Positions 27,201-38,686 of a stretch of 64,000 nt of DNA are shown here, one piece after another. The DNA lies in the NCBI GenBank assembly GCA_964035545.1, contig OZ037765.1, positions 32,611,504-32,675,503 on the forward strand, given 5' to 3'. The notes under the pieces were generated by a model. The model saw only the letters and a program-made list of their open reading frames with translations. It made no database searches and was not told the DNA's origin. This DNA is from Bugula neritina. Its lineage: Eukaryota; Animalia; Bryozoa. Position 1 is the first letter of the stretch; every line of letters begins with the position of its first letter. The position numbers were made by a program, and so were the translations under genes.

Positions 27201-27889
27201 GACTAGTGGTGTCAGCATTGAAGGAGGCAGCGTAGAGACTAGTGGTGCCAGCATTGAAGAAGACAGTGTGGAGACTAGTGGTGTCAGTGCAGGAGAAAGT
27301 GGTGACATTGACAGTGTGAATGTAAGCAGTCAAAGTACAGATGAAAGTGGTGACAGTACAGATGAAAGTGGTGACAGTACAGATGAGAGTGGTGACAGTA
27401 CAGAGGAGAGTGGTGACAGTACAGATGACAGTGGTGACAGTACAGAGGAGAGCAGTAGCAGTAGTGAAAGTGGTGCTAAAGACTGCCCACAGAATTTGGA
27501 TTCGTTGGCTTTGAGCAGACTAGCAAAATATACTGGTAAGTCAAGAGAAATAAGAAAATATAACGTAATTTAATCTGTAGAGCATGGATATGATGAAATG
27601 TTTAGCACGCCTATGCTTATAATATATTTGTATAGACATATTAAAACTTGTATGCATGCAACAAAGTCTTATATTTGAAGCCTGATATTTTAACTTTCTT
27701 ATATTCATTGCAGACGAAGATATTGAGAAGATCGTGCTCGTACTGAGAGAGAATGCCAAGAGTGAGTTGGACAGCATATTGAAGAAAGCTGGAGTATCAA
27801 ACCACATAGATCTGTATGGTTCAGCAACAGCCACAACCTTTAGCACATTGCTGCTTCTCATAGCATTATTTGCTGCTGTTCTAGTGTGA
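24234..27889 (+). CDS. Secreted (Asp-X)n-repeat hyperacidic protein with GPI-type signal (cluster gene D, ~952 aa, 3 exons)
   Basis: Exons 24234-24363 (MKVFLVVLLCVIAAVAAAPVCNSGEGDCE...), 24983-27535, 27714-27889; phase-1 introns; total 2859 nt. C-terminus ...SELDSILKKAGVSNHIDLYGSATATTFSTLLLLIALFAAVLV*. Confidence 0.88.
25084..25932 (+). repeat. Coding tandem repeat encoding alternating Asp-X (~283 aa)
   Basis: Units gaccaagatacagacctg, gaccaggaccaagatggggatgtg etc.; translation DQDTDLDQDVDQDQDGDV. Confidence 0.93.
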
Positions 27890-28609
27890 CGGTGTTAGTA
27901 TAAAGAATAATTGGCTAACTTAAACAAATCAGTAAAAGCAGCTTTGGTGTAAAACCCAATTGGGTAGAAGGTTTTAACACTGACTATACACATGGTGAAA
28001 GAAATGGTTATTAAAAAATGGCATAAAACTGTTCTTAATTATAGCATTTGGAAAATGCATTATTCAACTTTAGTTGAAATGAAAAGTGACGTGTGTTTGT
28101 AAACGTGCAGGCTGTTTACTGACACATGTTAAGGTGAAGTCCATATTGGCAGGTTCAACAGAACTATGCTATCTTTTGCATAGTAATATTAATATTTCTA
28201 TAATTTATGCTGTTTGATATTTATAGCTGTGCATATATTTACAATAAATTTTACAGCTTCTATCAGTGCCTGACTAATTTTCTTCTTAACAGAAACAGCT
28301 TCAACTTGAATCCATAATCTATGTGCTTCAACTTTGTTTATTAATGAGCTACAGTAGGTCTGTGCAAGCTCATGTCAACAATACATATAATATACAAATA
28401 GCTGTAACTAATAAGAAAATACTATAAAAAATTATGCCTTAGCATGTGGTAGGAGATCATTTATTATTGCACATATTATACAAATAGCAGTGGTTGTATC
28501 GTGAAAGTGCTCTGCAAAATTTAGCATTCAGAAACACATATTTGAATTTATTCTATTCTGCACTTTAAAGTTAATGCTGCAAATTGTACTGACAGCAATG
28601 ATGTCAAAA

Positions 28610-28926
28610 TATAAGCAGCTTCAAGTTGGGGGTTAATGAGTGCAGTGATTTGTGGTTCCTAAATTTGGAGTTTCCATAAACCCCAACTCCAAACTCAAGA
28701 ACTACAAACTGCTGCACAAAGTCACCCCCCCCCGACTTGGAGCTGCTTATAGAACTATTCTATTCCCCCCCCCGAACCAAATCTGTACGGAATTGTTTTA
28801 CAAGCAGTTTCGGGTTGGGGACGAAGGGTAATTTTAGTTAGAAGGAAGGTGGAGGGGGTCCTAACGTACGACCCCAAAACTAAAATCGTCCTTCACCCTA
28901 AGCCGGAGCTGGTTATAGAGCAATTC
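28610..28926. mobile_element. Two adjacent related palindromic MITE-like elements (28610-28751 and 28790-28926)
   Basis: Imperfect terminal inverted repeats tataagcagcttcaagttggggg...ccccccgacttggagctgcttata and gaattgttttacaagcagtttcgggttgggg...ccctaagccggagctggttatagagcaattc. Confidence 0.6.
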
Positions 28927-30320
28927 ACAATTTTCACATTGAGCAAAGCCCAAAAGGTTTATCATTTAATATTATAATATTTTTTCATCATAGTATCAAT
29001 TACTAACAAATTAACTATACAGTTGTTTCAGGAGCATACTAAATAAGTGATTAAATTATTTATTTTAAAAGTCACCGTTTAATCTAACTCTGATTCTTAG
29101 GCTTGGACTTATAATTCTATAGTAACACTAACAGTAACTCACTAACTGTAACTGTAAGTGACTAACTCAAGTCACCAACACTAACAATTACAATAACTAT
29201 AAGTATAACACTAGCGCTAAAGAGAAAAGAGTAAATCAAAATGTAAGACTAACTCTAAGAGTAAGTCACTAGCTTTAAGTGACTAAGAGTAATTGACTAA
29301 TTCAAAGCGCAACTTACTAATTTTTATTATCTCAATATTAAATTTAATACAATATCTCTTATATAAATGATATGAATGTCAATTATTCACTCAATATGAA
29401 TATGGGTATGAATTTCAATTTGATTATGAATTTGAATAATCATAATGATAATCATAATTATAAGGATAATTATAATCATAATAATATTCTAATTGATAAT
29501 CATAATAAAGATAATTGAATACCGTATTGATATTAACTGGCTTACTTTAACTTAGTGTAAGTGTAAGTGTTATTGACTTATTGTTAAACTTAGAGTAGCA
29601 CTAACAGTATAACTATAATAATAATTAGTAGTAATTGTAAGCTAGTTCTGATCCCAGCCCAACAATCTAAGTTTCAACATCAAGGGGAATATGAAATATT
29701 TCTTTAATTTTCATTTCCTATTGATAAATTTGATAAATAAATAAATACTAAAAAAAAATAAAAATTGTTTAGTTTGGGCGAATTCTATAATCAAGTACTC
29801 AAGTCTACTAGTAGTAATACAGCCTTAGAAATTAGCCTACAAGTATAAGTAGAAGTACAGTGTGAGAGTCAACATGAGCGTTTAGTATAACTACAGTCTA
29901 TACAAGTCTTGCTACTACAACTAAAAAGCTTGAAGTTGAGGTTCTAGTTTAAGAAGAAGTTTAATCAATAAATATGATTATAAATAATATGAATATTATT
30001 GATTTATTATCCTCGTGATAATTTCTGATGTCAAATTTAAATTGAGTAATAGGCCTATGTTAAACTGAAACTTAAAGAATAAAGCTAAATATTACTTGCG
30101 CCAATTGTATAAGTATTAGATTTAGAATTAGTTATAGTTATGCTTATATAATCATAATGATTTTCCAATTGATATGAATATGCATAAAATTACAGTTATA
30201 GATTTAGTACAACAATTCACAGGTTTTCCATATACCTATATTCAATCAATATTAAATATGTGCTAATGTATTGTATAGTAGAATAATTGTAATTAACGTT
30301 TTAATTTTTTTCACAGAAAA

Positions 30321-33300
30321 ATGCAAAGCGGCAATAAAACTCAGGTACATGGATTTAGAAAAGCTCAGCAGACGACGAAAAGAGTCATGTAAGCTAAAAT
30401 ATTAAACAGTAATTTTCTCACATTTTTTCATGAAATTAGTTTTGACTGTGAAATTTTTGTCAAAGTAACTTTTTGGCAACTCTAAGTTGTACTAGTTTTC
30501 AAATTTAATATAGTTTATCTTTTATTCTCAAAGACAGGCTAATTTGGTTGTAATTAAAAAATATTTCAACTATAATAAAGCAGCTCACCATTGAAAGAGA
30601 GAATATCATTGAGCTGTGTGAGTGAAAGGATTGAAATATTTCTATCGAAATTTGTACTAAAACTAATTATTAAAATGGGAGAATAGGTTTTTGAAGGATT
30701 TCATGCAGAACTTATGTTTTCCAAGTGGAAAGATGATCAAACCTAATTGTACTGCTTATTATATGATATAATTATTATAGATACAAAGCACATAATCATT
30801 AGAGTCTGTTTGAAAATCGTGCTTTTATGTCAGGTACTAGGATTGGCTGTTATCAGATTATAGTATAACATGTTTGAGGGCAAAACTTTTTGCATTTGAG
30901 ATGTTCAGTTTTTATTAGTATTTTACTCATGTCTACATATACCCTAATAATTCTGTAGCCCTGTTATTAATCTCTATGATGAAGATCATCCAAAAGCTCC
31001 TTCTCATTCTTTCAAAAGAAAATCTTCAGAGTTATCTTCCCCCATAAGTCGGAAAGTTTTGAAATCTTCCACATCTACTCAGTGTTCCTCAGAATCTCAG
31101 TTCAAAAGCTCAGGTTTGAGTGACCAATCACTCATCAGCAAATCACAGGCATCTGTGCCAACCTCTGTTAGTAATTACTCATGAACTCATACATTTTTAT
31201 GCTCGGTTCTTCATAAGATTCTGTAATGTGTTTGCAGCAACCTCTATTGTCTTTTACCAAATGTATTTTTTGTGTTAAATACTCATGTTTTAACTCTAGT
31301 CAAATGCACTAAGTTTATTCATTAGATGTAATGCAGCCTTTTTTTACTTTACAGTACCTTGCTCTAACTATGTTTATTTGACTTTTACTACTGTCTACAG
31401 CTTGTAAGCTAATTTTTTTAATCTTGACAGTAAAATCATTTAATGTGTTGAAGTTTTGAGTCTTGGAAGATTTTCACAAACATTGAAGATGTTTGATCGT
31501 TTGAAACTTTAAATATCTGTTTCAAATGTTTTGTTTTATGATTATACTTTTGTAGATGGATGAAGCTATATTGAAGTTTTACCACTCAACTAGACAAACA
31601 CAGGAAGTATATCATCAGAAGCTGTCTCTTATTGATCAGATTTTCAAATGCATTCAGCCATACTTTGCCCGTAAGCTTTTATTTGGTATTTGGTATAGTT
31701 TTACTTGGCTATTGAGATGTGTTACTTCTGATAAAATTATGTCTAGTCTTTCGTGGATATTTAAATGAAAATACATACATTTTGATAAGCACTATAGTTT
31801 GTAGGTCTGATTAGCATATAAATCGCACCGTTTTGAAAAGCATAAAGGTTGGAATTTTTTGAAATTTTGCACTGACTTTGTTAACTGATTCACGTTTTCC
31901 TCTCTGAACTTTTAGTGCATGGCTTACAAAGTCTCATGTAACTTTTTGTGTTGTTCTGATGTTTATGCTTGACCTCAGTTTCCCTTATGTAACATGGCAC
32001 TCGGGTGCTGAGGTTTTGCAACTTACTTGAAGCATTTTGCAATCTTTGCAACCAGTGTCTGCAATGTCTTATTGGCTATAATTCACTTTAGAGATTTATT
32101 GTGTTTTAGGCTGTGGTCTATATTTAGTTGGCTCTTCTATTACCGGGTTTGAGACAGGCTCCAGCGATGTAGATCTAAGTCTAATGCTGAATAACGGACA
32201 GGTATTTCTTATTATTATTGGTTGTATCACAGCTTGAGCTACTGTAGTTATTGACTTGGTTCTACTTGTCCAGATGAATTAGAATTTTCTAGATGATAGA
32301 TAGTTCTAGCATGGCTCTCTGTTGAGTGATTGTTGAATAATTGCTCACTCCAACCCCTAAGTAAGCCCTCACCCCACCTGAGGTCCCAACCTTGTATTTA
32401 GCTCCTAGTTTATATCATACCTCTTGTCTGGTTTCTTTAATAACATCATATTATAAAAGATTTCCATTCAGCTTGTCAACTAATAATGTACCTGTCAATA
32501 TATCTATTTTTTCCTTTTACTTTTGACTAAATACAACAAAACAAACAGTAGATGTTTACATAGTTTTATGTAAGAGCCTTGGAGATATGTACCATTTGAC
32601 CTTTGTCTTATGACCTATTTCCAATTAACCAGTGAATGTCCTTCATGTGATTGTAGGTGCCATGGAGAACTGCTATCCAGTATTTGACTACTATCAAAGC
32701 CTTTCTTGATTCCAAACTGCGTATGTTCCTAATACATGTTCTTTTCTCATGTCCCTGAGGCTCGGTTGTGATTAAGAGTTGTGCCATCATTTCACCTAAT
32801 CATCAAGAGCAGTTTAGCATTGAAGTGCTCTTGTTAGTTCGGTTAAATGATGTACTGCCATGGTGGGGACAAATCTTAATTGAGTATCAAAACGTTTAAA
32901 TTTCAACATACATTCATAATATGGGTTTACAGAATATTGTATTTTTAAGCATGTCTCATCTCTACCATTTTAGGTGGGAAAGTGAGAGGAGTGACTCTTA
33001 TTAGAGCCACCGTCCCAATTCTACACTTCTGTGACACTGCAAGGTATAAGTCTAACAGATATCAACTCACTGTATTTATATGCCTGATGAAATCTAAATT
33101 CATTAAACGAAGTTACATTCTGGGCTGCGATTTTCTAGCTGTTATTGTGCTGATTGATTTTATTTATTGATTATATTATTGATTTATTTCATATTTTTAC
33201 GCTTACACTTGATGTTTCCATATAGTGATAGGGAGTATGACATGAGTCTGAACAACGATGTAGCAGTACGCAATTCACATCTTCTGAGATGTTATCATAA

Positions 33301-35509
33301 GTGTAAGTATGTCAAATGAATTTCATTGACCTCTTAATCTGTTTGCTTAATTTAATGTTTCTCAACATCAACATTTTGTTTAATTAGTGAAAGCAATCAG
33401 GTGTAACTTATAATTTCTGTAGTCATTTAGACTATGACCTGCTATGATTCAGGAATGTAATTCAAGGTTATAGGAATTAATGTTCGTATTAGTTAAACTA
33501 GTATTTAGATTGCAGAAGATTATAATATATATGTTTGCAATATGTACTGCTACTCTATACTATACACTCTGTATACTCTGTACTGTATACTATGTACTGT
33601 ATACTCTGTACTGTGTACTCTGTACTGTATACTCTGTACTGTATACTCTGTATACTCTGTATACTCTGTATACTCTGTATACTCTGTATACTCTGTATAC
33701 TCTGTATACTCTGCACTGTATACTTTAGAATATTACTCTTTCAGATGATCAAAGAGTTGGTCCTTTGGTAGTGTTTGTGAAAAGGTGGGCTAAATTCCAG
33801 AATATAAATTCAGCGAAAGATAAGACAATTTCTAGCTACGTATTCACACTCATGGTGATACACTATCTCCAGATGGGTGTTTCAGGACCTCCAGTACTGC
33901 CAGCTTTACAGCGTACACACTCAGTAAGTTATATACACTCAGTAAGTTATATACTCAGTAAGTTATACTTGTACAATGAGTTCTGCACTTTTAGTGACCT
34001 CTACTCATCTAGGCACTTTTATGAACCCTGTAAGTTTACTTATGTCATTCATGAAAAATCTCACATGAGTTTATTAGTCACCATCCCTGTGAGAAACCCT
34101 GATGGAAAAAGTGGGCTAAGGATTTTTTTCTAGTGTGGCACAGGAGCAATTATGACTGAATGCTCTTCCTAACATCACCAATAGCCTAACAACCACTCAC
34201 CTCATGTTTACTAGGCCAGCACTCTAACCTCTACACCACGACTGCTCCTTGAAAGCTAATTCATATTAAATAAAAAAAAAATTTTTGTAAATGCGAAAGA
34301 TACTTTTGAAAAATTGTGCTTTTAAGTTTTTCACTTACTTTTCAGGTGCAACTTTATTCTAATATTTATGTTTATAGAATTGAGAACAGAGTTTTTATTT
34401 TAGAAATTATCAGTCATTAGGCAACAATGATATTGAAAAATTAATATAGAAAACTGCAATAATCATTGTTTATTCCTGTTTTAGCATTTATTCAAAGAAA
34501 ATATTCAAGAATTAGACATGTTTTTGGAGTTTCCTACTCAGAAGAATTCTGGACGTAGTACTTTGTCAGTTAGTCAACTTTTCTCTGGCTTCCTGCGATA
34601 TTTTGCTCATCAGTACAAGTAAGTTGGATGTTTGTCACATTTATGTCATAGTTATTGCTTAATGGAAATATAGAGCTTTTTTCTGTGTATTTATTGGGTA
34701 TTGTTTTATTGTGAATGAGTTCGAACAATATGTGCTTTGCTCCCACTTTCCTAGTAATTATCCCTTATATTTTATAGTTCAGTAGCTAGAGGCACTTATT
34801 TTTAAAACTATCAATGCATTTTTGACGTGCCATTTTTATATTATATTTGATGAGTTATAAATCTTATTTCAATTACATATAAACACACATAATACGCCAT
34901 AACTAGTTTATTAAGTGTCAATGAAACTTTATGTTTTAGTTATAAAAGGGACGTGGCCTCAGTAAAGCATGGTAGAATATTTCACATAGATTCCGTAAAA
35001 CACCAACGCATACCCTCTCAAGACTATCACAAGAGTTCGTGGGATGGAGCTCAAATGTATATTGAAGGTATGTCTTACTAGTGACACAAAGCCTGAGCAT
35101 ACCTCACGTGTATAAATGTCATCTAGTTTTAGTTCAGTTCTCATTTATATTAGCAATATAGTCAATCATTCTTTGTAAAAAACCTCGTTTTATTTATAAA
35201 TATTTATCTTTTATTTCGAAATTGAAATAGCTCGCAAAGTTTCACATGCACACAAAAACTATAAAGGCAAAAATTTGTTACTAAGTGGTAAATAATATGT
35301 TATAATGGTTATTTGAAACTTGTGAAATATTGCTGGAAAATGTTTTCGAAAATTTTAAATGTTTTGTAGAGCCATTCAGTCTAACAAACGCTGCCAGGAG
35401 TGTGTATGACGAAAACGTGTTTAGTCGGATACACAGAGTCTTCATCAGATCGAGCAGGGCTTTAGACCAATCAAAAGACATTAACTCTGTACTGCAGCAC
35501 CCTTTCTGA
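30321..35509 (+). CDS. GLD2: GLD-2/TENT2-like non-canonical cytoplasmic poly(A) polymerase (~424 aa, 11 coding exons)
   Basis: Exons 30321-30388, 30959-31166, 31556-31670, 32110-32201, 32657-32720, 32974-33043, 33226-33302, 33745-33923, 34485-34618, 34940-35067, 35370-35509 (1275 nt; first two exons least certain). Pol-beta NTase motif LYLVGSSITGFETGSSDVDL, IRATVPILHFCD, third Asp in EYDMSLNNDVAVRNSHLLRCY, VKRWAK..NINSA..KTISSY.FTLMVIHYLQ, and nucleotide-recognition motif IEEPFSLTNAARSV. Confidence 0.88.
33543..33725. repeat. Intronic (TATACTCTG)n-type satellite
   Basis: 9-bp and 14-bp units repeated in GLD2 intron 7. Confidence 0.9.
34050..34250 (-). mobile_element. tRNA-derived SINE-like repeat, copy 1 (GLD2 intron 8)
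   Basis: Shares ccctgtgagaaaccctgatggaa, gctaagga, gcacaggagcaatt.tgactg.atgct and ctctaacc.cta.accacg.ctgctcctt with the other two copies. The head resembles a tRNA A-box. Confidence 0.7.
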
Positions 35510-35842
35510 TATATTTTTTTAAACAATATATTATGCATGTTCATGTAGGTTTATACAGCAAGCATAATGTATATATTAGGTAATAAACTGTAATTTATGT
35601 GACTCAACTATTAAACTATACCAATAGTTTTACCATCTTTCCATGAGATATTTTTTTACTTGTTTATTCATATCAAATCAAAAACAAAATATATAAAAAT
35701 ATCACTTCACTGATGTAACAAAAATTTTCATGCTGTCCTAGTATAGTCAATTTTTTTTATTTTGATAATACTATCCAACTGTGCCAACAGAATAGATGTA
35801 CAGCATACAACATATTATAGAACATTATTTAGGTAAATATTC

Positions 35843-36020
35843 AGGGAGCAGCTAGGTCTAGGGGTTAGAGGGTTTGCCTAGTAATGGGTTTAGAAAAGCA
35901 TCCAGTCACAATTGCTCCTGTGCCTCATTTAAATAAGTCCTTAGCCCACTAACAAAAAACCCTTTCCATCAGGGTTTCTCACAGGGATATATAGCGACTA
36001 TAAACTTGTGTGAGCTTTAT
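35843..36020 (+). mobile_element. tRNA-derived SINE-like repeat, copy 2
   Basis: Reverse-complement homolog of 34050-34250 and 52464-52663; head ggagcagctaggtctaggggttagag. Confidence 0.7.
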
Positions 36021-36397
36021 TTAGGTAAATAGTGCAACTATTCTTCAGAAGTTGTAGGCCTACAGATTATTATTGTTAGTAGTTGACTTTGAAAATCTCT
36101 CCAATATAATCGAAATCTTGGCTGTAATATTCATATACACATATTCAACGTGGTTTACTTGTACACAAGACAAATTAGGGAGAGGAAGCTGTAAATTACA
36201 ATGTATATCGACATCATTTAATGAAACATTGGTATTCAATTGTACATTGATCATTCAATTGCAAGCACGTCTATTTACTATAAAGCTAGAAGTTATAAAA
36301 TGAAGACCTTACTCAATTCTTTTAGTGCTTGAAGTTTTTGTAGAAACTGAAACTGACTGTTTTTCACACTTCTTTTGTCTGGAGTTGTCCCCTAAGA

Positions 36398-36408
36398 TGT
36401 GCGCGTGT

Positions 36409-36444
<36 letters not shown>

Positions 36445-36490
36445 TGCGTGTGTGTGTATGTGTTTGTATGTGTGTGCTCTGTGTATATGT
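36398..36490. repeat. (GT)n microsatellite
   Basis: Direct inspection. Confidence 0.9.
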
Positions 36491-38587
36491 ATATATAACA
36501 TATAATATAATTTTAAGTGAGTTTTACCATAATTATTATTAAAATCAAATTACTGAATCAACCACTAAATCTTATCTCATATTTGCTTGCAATGCAGCTT
36601 TTCTACCAAAATATAGCAGCTAAATAATCCTGAATACTCTGTTTTTTGGTTTATATCACCTTTTCTTATATTATATAGTTTTATGAACGAAACAAAGTAA
36701 TTACCAAAAATTTGCCTATAATGAATTTATCATATATGTAATAAGCTGAGCTGCTAACTTATACACTTGAAGTTCATCCTAAAGCATAATCAGCAAGCTG
36801 AACTGTTTACTGACAAGTAGTTCTCTAGATCTGGTTAGATAACTCCTATATAAGTTCACAAGTAAGCAGAGTAAAATGTTGGCATAAAGATCCCTGTATG
36901 CGTTAAAATTATCAAAACATGTAGTTGCTTTCTCTTGCATTTAATCCCAAATGGATTATTGTTTGTAACATAGGGTAGTGTATAAGCCATGCAAATTGGA
37001 GTCATGTGCTCAATCTCTATCACAAACCATACCAATATTATGTTTATTGAATATTTGATGGGGTTTGAAGTTATACATAAATTCTTTTTTTTGTGCAAAA
37101 CAATTGTTTTACTACTCCATTTCTGCAGATTAAATGTAAAAATGCTCATGCATAAGTCTAGATTTTCGCACAAAGTAAAATCGTAATTTTTTTGCAAGTT
37201 ATAAATCACTGCAAAAGGCTGAGGTTACTGACTGAACAGAAAGAGAGGATAGCTGCCATATTTATCAAAAGGTAAACTTAACTGCAACAGCACTCCCAGT
37301 TCAACTCTAAATAATAAAGGTGTCATTATACTATTAAATATAGGACTTTTTATGAGGAACAAAATTACATATAATTTCTGATCCATGTAAGCAGATGAGA
37401 AGTTTCACTTATACTTTGGAACCTATTTTAGCAACATGAAGCAAAAGAAAATATAAAATGTTGTAGCAATCTAAAATACATTACTGAGACAGCTGGTAGC
37501 TATAAACACAACGCTACAAAAGTTACAAGTACAATGTATTTTATTTAATTTTGGCTACACTCAGAACACAAATTTCGAAAACTTACTATAATTTTGCAAT
37601 TGTTGTAGTTAACTCGAGTAACGAATTAGCTAGTTGTACTTTTATAAATAACTTGGATATAGAATATAAGTAAAAATGATTAAACAGATAGCTGTTGTAG
37701 GATGCTTTAGAATAATAGCATATCAACTTCTTGTTGATTTTTTTCAATTCTAATGTTGAAAAAAGTACGCATATGCAAGGCTTAAAGCGCAGTGAATAAA
37801 TTTTCTCTTTGATTTTGGTTTTTTCCAATAGGCTCTAATACAAATTGGGATAAAGTAAAGGTTGTTATGTCATGTAAGTAGTATATAAAACATGGAATTT
37901 TATCTAAAATAGAAAATATAAATATCCAAAACATACTTTTAAGTAACCAGGCTATGGAAAAGCTAATGGCAAATACTTTGACCCAGAAATTTAACTAAAA
38001 TAAAATATGTATTTTATATTGTTCATGAAATTATTTGGCAAAGTATTGAGAGCACAATAGATCTAAAATTCTTGTTGTTGCCTGCAATCAACTGAAGTTT
38101 TTACCATCGAAATATTTCTAAAATTTTGTAGGGCATTTGTATTACATAAATTAAGCTCAGGAATGTGTATAGGCATTACTTGGAAAGGGCAACAGTGACT
38201 ACTAAATTAAAATTTAACAAACAATTTATAAATTTTAGCATCGATTAGATCCAAAATGTAGTCCAGCAGCAGTCGGTCAGTGTCTTGATTAGATCATTCG
38301 CACACATCTATTAACACCCAAACTAATAGAATTTACATGAGCAGCCAGAGGCTGTCCACAGCATCATCATAATGTCTTACACCTTTTCAAGGTTCATATG
38401 AATGAGCAATATACCCATTTACCCAAAACTAGTCGACACAACTACAATAATATAATATATTCACAACTAACTGAGTTGGGTGTAACAAAGTGGTAATATT
38501 TTGGTTATTAGTATAAATTCTAAATAATGCATTACCAAGGCAATGTCAGAGTAACACCGTAAACCAGTAGTATACATTCTGAAAGAT

Positions 38588-38633
38588 CATTAGCATATAC
38601 AAACCCACCCATTTCTAGGATTTGCAATAAAAG
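38588..38633 (+). promoter_or_regulatory. Putative core promoter of gene E (octamer-like, CACCC, TATA-like)
   Basis: cattagcatat at 38588, cacccat at 38606, ataaaag at 38627, 60 nt before the ATG. Confidence 0.55.
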
Positions 38634-38686
38634 AGAGGTGCAAGCAAAACAGAAGTCAGGCTGGCACTCAAAACTGCACAATCAAC

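Noticed and set aside
30781-30833. Possible extra GLD2 exon (tag|...cag|gtac)
   Set aside because: Contains a stop in the phase required by the flanking exons; the model is consistent without it.
33480-33771. ORFs with YTL/CIL/VYS repeats
   Set aside because: Translations of an intronic satellite.
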